Positions 25,301 through 35,437 of a stretch of DNA of 64,000 nucleotides are shown here, piece by piece. Both the position numbers and the translations under genes were made by a program. Each line of letters begins with the position of its first letter. Within the stretch, counting starts at the first letter, position 1. Origin of the DNA: Klebsormidium nitens (Eukaryota > Plantae > Klebsormidiophyceae); the NCBI GenBank assembly GCA_000708835.1, contig DF236987.1:186001-250000 (forward strand). The letters are read 5' to 3'. The notes below the pieces were generated by a model. The model did no database searches. It worked only from the letters and a program-made list of their open reading frames with translations, and was not told where the DNA came from.

Positions 25301-28300
25301 AAGCTGGCTGCCCGGACTCACGGCAGCCTGAGACCTGCAACAATCTGCTCTTTCTCACATGTCGGTTGTGGATCTGAGCCTCTCGCAGTTGTATCCTTCT
25401 CTAGTTAAACTTCTGATCCTTAACCCTCGATTCAATCTTAAGCTCCCGGAATTCACAAACCCTATTTTCCGCAGGCTTTGAGCCGTGGGACGTGAGCATG
25501 TCGGACCCCCTAGCTGGCCGCGCGTCGCTTTCCGTATCCGGGGCGTCATTCTTGGAATCTTTCTTGACTCTTTGAGCGTCCTGAAAGTTGTACCCTTTTG
25601 GAATGTTTACAACCCGATGTCTCAAACCCCTGCTTTCGATCCGTAAACGTTCCAAAAACCCAGATTACAAACCCTCTTTCCCCCGCAGGTTTCGAGCCGT
25701 GTGACGTGAGCATGTCGGACCCCCTAGCCGGGCACGCGCCTCTCGCCGACTTCCGTGGCGTCATTTCCTGACTCCTGTTTGATCCTTGAAAGTCCTGAAA
25801 CCCTTACCCTTTAGACTCTCCAAACCCAATGTCTCAAGTTACCAATATGATCCCTCAACCTCCCAGAACTCAAATTTACAAACCCTCCTCCCCGTAGGTT
25901 TTGAGCCGTGGGACGCGAGCATGTCGGACCTTTTGGCGGGTCCCGCGTCTCTCGCCGACTTCCGGGGCGTCATATTCCCTGACTCCTTTCTGATCCTTGA
26001 AAGTCCTGAAACCTTTACAACTTCAAAATGCCTAAAACAACTCTCGATCCAATCCCGGGATCTCCTAGAAAGCTAACTTCACAAACCCTCTTTAACGCAG
26101 GTTTTGAGCCGTGGGACGTGAGCATGTCGGATCTTTTGGCGGGCCGCGCGTCGCTCTCCGACTTCCGGGGCGTCATTTTCGTGGGGGGCTTCAGCTACGG
26201 CGACGTGCTCGACTCGGCCAAGGGCTGGGCGGGCGCCATCCGGTTCAACCCCGCGCTGTGGCAGCAGTTCCAGGCGTTCTACGAGCGCAAGGACACGTTC
26301 AGCCTGGGGGTGTGCAACGGGTGCCAGCTCATGGCGCTTCTGGGATGGGTGAGTGATTGGGCATCCGTTTGTGTTTCCTTTGTCGTTTTGTGTGTCTGTC
26401 TTTGTGTTGGGCGAAAGACTTGCAGACCCGTGTTCTCGGGTCTGCAAAGGTATCTGTGAATTTTGGCATGCATGTAGGTTGTGAGAAGTAGGTATACAAG
26501 GATGGTGTCTGTGATTCTGTTCTGAAGAGGGTTTCATTGTTTCTGAAAGTGATTTGGGTGGTTGGAGGCAGGTCTGGATGGCAAACGTTAGAGTTCTCGC
26601 ACAGCAAAGCTGTAAAAAGCAGGTTGCGTTCACCAGCCACACGCATTGCTGGCAGATCAGAACTTCAACAGCATTTTGTCGAGGTGTGTGCCGCGGTGTC
26701 CAGCTTTTGAAGAGGGGGCAGGCAGGTTGCGCAACTGAAAAGAGCCACAAGCCGCAGATTTGTGTTTGCTAGTCATCGTGTGTCAGATGGTACGTCAGTG
26801 TCTCCGAAACCGTCTGTTGATGTACTCACACTCTCAATTGCATCCTAAGTTTCTGAATGCTTACAACCTTGATTCTTGCAGGTCCCGGGCGGTGAGGTGG
26901 GCGGTTCGCAGGGGTCAGGAGGCGACGAGGCGCAGCCACGGTTTGTGCACAATGACTCGGGGCGGTTCGAGAGCCGGTTCCTGTCCGTCAGGATTGAGGA
27001 GTCGCCCGCGGTTATGCTTAAGGACATGGGTGAGCTTTCTTTCATGAGCAGTTCCAACGTCTGACCGACTTTTGGAAGTCTGGAGCACCTGTCCGTAGAA
27101 AGTTGCCTGCTTTGGTGGGCTGTCTTTATTTCTGCTTGGGTCAGAAATGACAGGGCCCCGCCCAATATGCTCAACGCTCTGAGAAAGCCGAATGCGCAAG
27201 TCCGGCTCGTGGGACGAGTATTTTTGCGTTGCCAATCTCTTCGAAGTGGTAAGTACCAAACATAATCCAACATACCAGAAATCGGTAGACGAAGGCAGGA
27301 AACCGTCGAAGGGAGTGAAAGAGTGCCCAAAAGACGAACGAAAGGGTCTTTTCAAACGCAGACAAGACTCTCTAATCCTACGGTGATTCCTCAATTCAAC
27401 AGCCGAGGAACGTCACGACCCCGAAATCGTAGTCAATGTCAGGTGTTCGGCGCAAAAGCTGGCAAGTCCAGTTCCGATCAGGAAAGAGTTCCAGATGCAA
27501 TTCAACAGGTTTGAAGTTACTTTCGCACTTTTTGTGGAACGACAGGTCCTGGTTGTGAGTATGACATATCGGAACGCGTTGGCCGTCCCTTCTGCAGCTG
27601 GCACGAACATGGGCATCTGGGTGGCCCACGGAGAGGGCAAGGCGCTCTTCCCCGACCAAGGCATCAGGGACACTGTACTGCGCAACAACCTGGCGCCTAT
27701 TCGGTACTCGGACGATGCGGGCGTGGCCACTGAGAGTTACCCCTTCAATCCGAACGGCTCTCCCGAGGTGGGGCCCTTTTTTGCTCATTTGAGGTGTGCT
27801 TTGCTGATTCGAGGGGCGTAAAGTTCGGGTTCAGATATTGGGGTTGAGGGGCAACGTGGATTTTTATTTTTCTTGCAACGGGTGCTGGCAGAAGGGGGTA
27901 GTTTTGGGTGCAGTCATATCACAAATAATGATGGGAAGGGCACTGATGTTCTCAGAAAAAGGTTGCTTCCTCCGAGTCCTCACAGGCTGGTGGTATCGGG
28001 AGGCTTATCTGTGGCAACGGGTCGGATCTGTGCCATGCATGAAAAGCCACACTTTTTCGGAGACCTCCTTTGCTCAAGCGGCCTTGCGGGAACACGCTAC
28101 TTGAAGTTCGGAAGGTTTGGCTTGGTGTTAGCCCACAGGTAGTGCTCGACATCAGAACGTGTAGCAGTTAAGATTGGGTACAGTCAGGCTCGGCTCGATA
28201 ACGGAGGCTGTCAACTGAAACCTTCTGTGTTCGTCTTCAGGGCATCGCCGCTTTGTGCTCTCCCGATGGCCGACACCTGGCACTGATGCCTCATCCAGAG

Positions 28301-28869
28301 CGGTCATATCTCATGTGGCAGGTGAGCTCCCACCCCTTCCTGAACGGAATTTCCTCACTCCACCTGCTTCCCTCCCTTCCCGAACCGAGCATTCTTACTT
28401 CATCTTTTTTCTGACTTCAGGCTTCCATCTTGTTTAAGGTCCACCTGTCCTACATAGTGGGGAAGCGCCGTTCGTTGTCGTCGCCTACTACCCTTGTTTG
28501 AGTGTTGAGCCTCCTAAGCTCTGCCACTTGAGCGATTCGAATCTGTGTTTCGGATTCTCTACACGACCTGAGACTCTCGTGACAGATTGTGGGCCTCTTA
28601 GAAGGCCTCAATCAAGATTGAAAAGCTCATGAAGCTGGTCTTTGTCAGCTGTTGGCTCTCACAGGGGGCGTCAAAATGCTCACAACTCGTCGCACCGTAT
28701 GCGGAATGCCTTAACTCAAGCGTTATCCTGTCCATCCGTATGCTGAAATTCTGTTGTGCTCGTGCAGTTGCCCTGGGCGCCGAAAGAGTGGGACTTTGAC
28801 AGAGCTGGCCCCAGCCCGTGGCTCAAGCTCTGGCAAAACGCCCGGGAATGGTGTGAAAGTCAATCATAG
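10398..28869 (+). CDS. PUR4: Phosphoribosylformylglycinamidine synthase (large PurL type), organelle-targeted, 26 exons, ~1445 aa
   Basis: Exons: 10398-10516, 11002-11182, 11611-11718, 12089-12136, 12601-12819, 13606-13869, 14583-14690, 15020-15132, 15610-15736, 16118-16309, 16906-17118, 17471-17665, 18517-18846, 19389-19544, 19947-20090, 20730-20969, 21454-21639, 22239-22392, 22998-23233, 24045-24159, 24651-24791, 26101-26348, 26882-27029, 27598-27767, 28241-28321, 28768-28869. Motifs: VEVGPRLSF, QSNSEHSRHW, TAETHNFP, GAETGAGGRIRD, DGGKDSLSM, HDVSDGG, glutaminase LGVCNGCQ, MPHPER. The first two exons give a transit-peptide-like N-terminus and are less certain. Confidence 0.97.
17760..18415 (+). 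repeat. Five degenerate tandem copies of the PurL exon-13 3' splice junction
   Basis: Copies of ag|GGCGCTGGCGGCAACTGCAACGTCGTAAAGGAGATCATCTACCCCAAGGGCGCC with junctions near 17774, 17898, 18037, 18211 and 18362; real junction at 18516. Confidence 0.85.
21313..21421. repeat. Intronic minisatellite, ~28-32 nt unit x4 (ABAB)
   Basis: aag(a/g)gt(g/t)act(ct)cacataccctagtgatt-like units starting at 21313, 21341, 21373 and 21401. Confidence 0.8.
21783..21982 (+). repeat. Two degenerate copies of the PurL exon-17 3' end and donor
   Basis: Real junction is ...gggggctcggcgcttgcgcacgctttctatcag|gtgtgc. Copies end ...cttctataag|gtgcgt (21830) and ...ttttaccag|gcgcgc (21955). Confidence 0.85.
23298..23390 (+). 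repeat. Degenerate copy of the PurL exon-19 3' end and donor
   Basis: gtgccggcgaggcggctcgggggggtgacggcagaaaaggagggtaaggttaa...ggag|gtgagcagaaag matches 23157-23245. Confidence 0.85.
25450..26020 (+). repeat. Three tandem ~205-215 bp copies of the PurL exon-22 acceptor junction
   Basis: acaaaccct...cgcag|g(c/t)tt(t/c)gagccgtg(g/t)gacg(t/c)gagcatgtcggac... at acceptors 25474, 25688 and 25897; real acceptor at 26100. Confidence 0.92.
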
Positions 28870-30447
28870 TGCCCTTAAACAAGAATTGTCCGTCAGACGT
28901 CCTCTTTGTTTCTGCATTCGTTCACCAAGGTAGCAAGGGCGGGTAGCTGAGCAGCCCGTTGCAAATGGCTCGCGGACGGTTTGAGGGTTCTTTCTGAAAG
29001 TCTACGTTGTCATCTGATCCTTTCAATGTACAGTCAATCCAGGCTAAAAAGAAGCATCTAAATTAATACGAGCGCTGAGCAGCAGAGTCCTTTCAATGTA
29101 TGCTTGCTCAATTTTTGACGTAACCTGAAAAGTGATCGATGGCGCACGGTCGTACATACCTCTGGCGACAGCCAGGTCTGTGCCTATGACCTAAAGCATG
29201 CATGATTGATGTAGCGGCAGCCGGCTGCGCCGCATGTACCTTGCACAACCATCGTAGTTCATGCATTGCCTGTGGAGCGAGCGGGCATCATGGCATGTCA
29301 CCCATTCTACTTTAGCTGGCGCAATGAATCAGACCCACGCGCTCACAAATGATGATTGGTTTCATGCAATTTTCAATGGCATAGGTGGCGGCTCGGCCGC
29401 CACTGGGGGAATTGCACGCCACTTCGAGGATTGATGTTCTCTTTTCAAACGCCGTAGCCACACGGGCCATAGGCTTCCATGGCATACATGAGAATCAATG
29501 TTTGAGTTCCGAGCGCCTAGCTACCTTACCGAATCTGAGCGTGCTAGCGAAGCCTAGCTAATTTAGTCCAACCTAGCCTGTCAACAGCTTATGCATGTAC
29601 ACTGTGGAGACTATACTGCAACGCTACTTGGCGAAGCCTGACTGGTGGTTCGTTGAAACTAGGATTGGCACTAATTAGCGGGCACCGGTGATCTCGGTAG
29701 GGGTGTAGACCGCGGTTGGGTACGGAAGCGATTGCGGAGTACCAGTACATATGCACCATGCCGGCCATTAAAAAACCCCTGCCCCGTACTTCATAGTATC
29801 GTTGATCGTTCGTGTAAAATTGGCAGAATGCAAGGCCATGCGCGTTCAATGCCGGACCGTCTCCTTCTTACATAATTAAAGTAGACAAGAAGCTGAAAAT
29901 AGATCGCAATGCGCCGCCGGGCCACAATTCGATTCATGGACTGAAAACAGTGACCGTGGGCAGCAGCTTAAGGTACAATAATCGAGTCTCTTTCCGAATT
30001 AATCCAGGGCAGGCTGCCGGCTTAAATTTCCGCGGCCCAAGGGTTTGCAAATCTTTGCATGTTTGTATCAATAAAATTTCCGACCATTTTACATCATGCA
30101 ATCAAATTGAAACTTAACGACTGCAGATCTTTAACATGCATGTGCCCCGGCTTTCCTACTCGATCGAACCATGCACTTGGTGAACAACCGAAGCATCCAA
30201 TTGAGACCGCCTGAAAATGTTCGTAAACCGAAAGATGGGTGATCTAGACTTCAATCAAAATCTCCGATTGCAGGAAAGTCCTCTGCCAGAAGCCTACAAG
30301 CGAGCCCAGGTGTCGGGTTCGCTGGATTGATTTTTAACGAGGCGACACTGATGTGAGTTTGCTTCTTGAGAATGCCCTCGCCAAGCAATGCTACCTAGCT
30401 CTTGTTCAACGAAACCATCATTATACGGCAGCTTCAGGGGCATTCGC

Positions 30448-33400
30448 CTAATCATCTTTCCCGTTAGCTACGTCCTTGTTCAGATCGATATCCTCCCTCT
30501 CAGTTGCTTCCTCCTTCCCGTTTGCATCGACGGCTTCCTTCATCTCCTCTTCCTTGGCTGGCGGTGGGCTTCGGTCATCGTCCTTTTTGACGGGGGTCAA
30601 GCTGCAAACCAAGAGAGCCAGTCAGATCCGTGATCAACATAATGACAGGGATCCGCTACATGGACATGTGTGGAGAGTAACTGCTTGACGCCCTTGTTGT
30701 AAACCAAAACCGGTTGCTCTTTGGACGCACCAAGGTAAGCAAGTCCAAGGACCACAACTCCTCCTGTTCCAACCCTTTGGCAAGAACACGGGTAACTATG
30801 GCATCAACTGGGCCTCGACGGCCGACGTCCAACGAGAAATCGCGCAACCTTTTCAAGCACCACCGCGTCCTTGCGGAAACCTTCCATCGCTGATGAAAGA
30901 AAGCGGGAGCGCAAGCAACGTGTTATCACAGCACTTTTGCCTGTTGTAAGCCAGATTTACAGATCGGTCCTCGATGTATGACAAACCATTGCGCAAGCGG
31001 TCAAGACACAATGAAGGGCAACTTCTTTAAAAACATTTGGCAGCCTGGTTCTCGCAGCCACTGAACTCCCGGCTCTGGTCCTAGTACAAGGCCCAGAGTC
31101 TCACAAAGGAGTCTTTTGCACCGCCAAAGTCCAAAAGCAGAGTCCCAGCAAAATTCGTTAGTACTGTAGCACAACAACCGTCTTCGCCGAAGCAGAAACT
31201 CACCTACGCCCACGAGACGGGCTGCGGCTATCCTTCCTCATGGAGTCCGGGCTTCCCCTTCGGACGGGGCTCCGGCTGTCCTTCCGGACGGGGCTCCGGC
31301 TATCCTTCCGAACGGGGCTCCGGCTGTCCTTTCGGACGGGGCTCCGGCTGTCCTTTTGGACAGGGCTGCGGCTGTCCCTGCGGGGGGTCACGCTGCGGCC
31401 GCGCCTGGGAGAACGGCTGCGGCTGAGAGAAAACAGACAAAATAATGCTCAGCAGAGGGTTACCGGGCAGCAACCATGCGAGCATTTCCATAGACTCGCT
31501 GGTTAAACGACACTAGCGGAGAAACTGATGTGAAGAAACGCAAGGGGATTTCCAGAAACTCTGAAAAGCGGAATGCCTGGGTTCTTCATAGCTGGCCGAC
31601 ACCATTCGACAGAAGCAGCCTTGTCCAAGCCAGTTCGGGTGCAATTAAAGGCAGGGACAGTTTAACGTTTCCTACAAGGTTCGATGTGTCGGATATTCCC
31701 CGCGTGGATGCCACTCAACGTAAACTTCACTCCAGATGCAGATTAGGTATCTGCTGCTTGTGTCCGAACTTGTGTCCTGTTGCCTCTTGTTCAGCGTGCA
31801 TGTTTCATCACTGACTAACAACGTCTACTTCATAAGGGTAAGAGTCCAAGAATAGCAACTTCTGTCTCTTCTTTGCTCAGTTAGTTAGAAACAGAAGCAA
31901 GATGTCGCAGCAACAGCAACGAAAGCAGAAGGAAGCAAATTAATCGAGAGTCCATCTGTCGACGGCTTGGCTCCCAACGAACGAAAGAGAACACACAAAA
32001 GCCAGTAACTTGTCAACTCCAAAGGCAGGAAACCGAAGCCGACATTTTTAAATAGAATCGACACCAACTAGGGGGCTTACCTGCGGCTGGGGCTCCTGCT
32101 GTAGCTGCGGCCCCGGGGGGAGTAGCTGCGGTCTCGTCCCTTGCCGCCTCTGTAATAAGGGGAGGGAGAGCGCGAGACGCGCCTGTCATTTCGGGGCGAG
32201 TAGGAGCGCGAACGGCGCCCGTAAGAGGGGCTCCGCTCACGTCGGCCGCCCCGGTAATACGGGGACGGAGAGCGCGAGGGGCGACTGCTTATGCGAACCA
32301 TAAGCAGGGAAGAGAGGCAAAAGAGGAGGCGCCAGGAGGGCATGCACACAGGCACAGCGGGCGAGGGCTCGTCAGTTCGCTTGCCTGGAGATTCAAGCTT
32401 TCCAAGAAACCAAACGGACATGTTTTGCACAGAAGTTGCCAAGCACTCAAGCAACGCTAGAGCGAGGGCTGAATGGATCGAGGGCACCAGAAAAACCTCG
32501 CAGAAAGGACCTGCGCCGACCGAACGCTGTTTTTGCGGAAGCATTTTCTATCCAATGTAACATCCTGCTGAAGAAGCAACCACAATGCAAGAAGCAGGCG
32601 ACTGTTGGTGAATGTTTCCCAGCCCCATTTTATCACCAAAAAGCAAAGACCCAAAGCGCAGTCCCTAATCAGAGGTAGCAAGCTTCAAACACTTACGCGT
32701 CGGGGTTGGGGCAGTTGCGCTCGATGTGCCCTCTGTCGCCGCACTTGTAGCACTTGTTCGTCCAGTCGCCAGACTTGCAGTCACGGGCCCAGTGGCCCTC
32801 CTTCCCGCAGTTGTAGCACCGCCCGGTGCCGGGGGCAGGACCACGGGGGTAGTCGTCATAGCGGCTGGTGGCGGCGCCTCTCTGCAGATGATCTCTTTTA
32901 GAGTAGTGTTCTTTTGACTTTCAAAAGTGGGTTCCTTTAAAAGACGTTGCTTGTGAAACAAGTCAAACATCGCTTGCGAAAGACATCTGCAATGAGGAGT
33001 TATTGGACCAATTGACCTGGCCTGCGTGCCGACAAATTTCACCAATACTTAGTGGAAGAAACTCGACAACCTTATTCCATTGACTTCCAATTATCTATTC
33101 ACAGGTAACTGAAACAGCATAACAATGGCTGGCTACCAGCCTCCCCTGACAAGATTGCTCTTTAAGGGCTGTAGCAACAAAAGAATGTTGCAACAACATG
33201 TAACTTTGGATAGTTGACCAATGTATGTCCTCAACGACCTGGTCGTCTGCACTCAGGTGTGATAAGGGCAGCAAGCACCACTTTGACAAACCCCCGGGAC
33301 CAACAGAGTAACAACTTACCCTTCGTGCAAACTCAACAGTGATGCGACTGCCTGCTACGTCTCTGCCGTTCATGTAGTAGACGGCATCATCTGCATCCCG

Positions 33401-34482
33401 TGGATCATAGTATTCCTGCAAATGAAACAGGTGAGAGCTGGAACGTTGCGTGACCTAACATTTTGCTCCAGCTTGGTATAAGCTTCAACACCAACCTTAT
33501 TCGCAGGAAAGCCGTTCAGAAACAGATTAGACAAACGCCCTGACAGAGCAGTAACATTGAGCTCTGATAAACCTTAACAATCACCCATGAATAAAGAGTT
33601 CGCAAGCTCTGCCATAACTAGCGTAGACAAAGAACACTTACCACGAAAGCAAAGTCGCTCTTGATGTCGACGTCCCGCAGCCTGCAAAAGAGAAGACCAA
33701 GCAGCAAAGGTTGGTACTTTGAAGCACTTTTCCAGGTACCTCATGCGGATGCAAATGGATGCAAGTCTTGTGCGGCGCGCAAAGACTCAGGTATATTATT
33801 CTAAAAGGTATGTCTTTATTTGAAGCAACCAAAATGATCATGGTAAGAAGTGGTACCATGGGGCGTCTCCCTCGGCTGAACACCGGAGCGCCTCTCACGG
33901 GGCAGGGAGTCTCCAGGGATAGAGCAGCCGCCAAGGACCAGGCAAACGGCTTCCTCCCATCTCCCAACTCATGGCAAAGCCTCCAGATTGGCAGGACTTA
34001 GGGCCACCAGAGACACCTCTTCGCTCGGTAACCACCAGCTCTAAGCGATGACAAAGCGCTCACCAACCTTCAACAGATGGTGGTACAAGCTGGATGAGTT
34101 GGAGACTTCCTTCTTAACCACACCTTTAATTACACAAACTGCTAAAATTTTATGCAGTCGAAGTCAAATGCTCTTATTGCCTCCAAATTTTAGCAAAAAC
34201 TTACCAGTCTCTAAAAGATGGACGCTTTTTGAGCCTACGCTACCACCTTGGACATGGTGGCAACACAAGTTTCTAACCTTTACCATGCGAGAATACCTGC
34301 AAGTACAGGCGCTTTTACTACCATGCACGATGCATGCAAGTTGACAATCCTTCCAAGGAGGGAACAAGACAAAGCACTCACCTTCCATATCTGCTAAATG
34401 CATCATCCAAATCACGTGTTCTGCAAGACCTTGAGAGCCGACCAATGTACAGCCTGGTTGACTCTCGATCATGCCGCGACAT
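30448..34482 (-). CDS. RS2Z: Plant RS2Z-subfamily SR splicing factor (RRM + two CCHC zinc knuckles + RS/SP domain), 7 coding exons, ~332 aa
   Basis: Exons 34482-34382, 33681-33642, 33415-33320, 32881-32697, 32284-32081, 31422-31204, 30601-30448; total 999 nt. RNP2 LYIGRL, RNP1 region SDFAFVEY, knuckles [14 protein letters not shown] and [16 protein letters not shown]-rich tail. An acceptor just upstream of the ATG (~34489) implies a 5'UTR intron. Confidence 0.92.
31238..31385 (-). repeat. Coding 24-nt tandem repeat (RKDSRSPV x ~6) in the RS2Z RS domain
   Basis: Plus strand shows repeated ggacggggctccggct(g/a)tcctt(c/t)c units, translating on minus to [16 protein letters not shown]-(RKDSRSPV)x3-RRGSPDSM. 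Confidence 0.9.
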
Positions 34483-35437
34483 TGTGGCCTGGAGTGAAAA
34501 AGAAAGACAGGTTTTATAATAAAGTATAGGCCAAAAAGAAGGGGTAGTCTGTAGACATAGAACAAACACAGAGCAATATTTCATTACACTACGATAGCAT
34601 CTGTGGGTTTCTATAAGACGGCATACAATACCCAGTAGCAAGCTCGAAGACATACTGCAAGCTGAACTTTCGAGAGCAGCCAGAAAGCATGCACGGCCCT
34701 TGGGCAAAAGGATGTCCCTCTGTCAATCAAAGCACGTGTCCTCACCTTGCAAGGACGCCCTGAGAACGATTTCAAAATATAGCGTCCTGCCAAAAAGAGC
34801 GGCCACAGAAGCCTTCTTCCACCTTGCGTTCTTTGAAACTTCTCACCAGATCAACAGTGCAAGCAGCCTGAGCAAGATCGTGAAATTGAACCTGAAGGAG
34901 AACTTGAAGGAGAAGCTGGTCTAGCCATTTAACCCTCTAAAGATGTTCCGAAAACTTCTAGAAAGCCCGGGGTCATCATCTCCCGGCCGCCATAGGCTAG
35001 GGATCTTCCGCTCTGTAGCCACCCGGGTGGTACTTTTGAACCCTCGCTCAGCAACGCCTCAATAACGGGAAGAGGTTTCGATTGTGAGATCTCAAGACTA
35101 AATGTTCAGGAAGACGAGGAGGGACAACTTTCCTGGTGTTCTGCTGTTCACAGGTCTGCCCTCAGGCTCATGTCAATGATGTGATCAGCTAGGTAGCACA
35201 AGCGCCAAATTGGGAGGGAGGGTCACCACGTATCTTATGTACAGCATTGAACATGCTAGGCGTGGAAGGTGGCTCTGTGTCAGAGAGATGCCCTTGGGAG
35301 TCTGAGGACTGGAGTTTCTGCATACCATCTTTGACTTGACAACAGCAAGGAACATCCCGAGCTTGCAGCGCCGCGAGGGTCAGGTCAGAGATTGCCGGCA
35401 GGTGCTGGATGAAAGGGATCATTTGAAAGCTGCCACG

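Noticed and set aside
31238-31385. CRISPR-like regular repeat
   Set aside because: The units are contiguous with no unique spacers and encode the RS domain of a eukaryotic SR protein.
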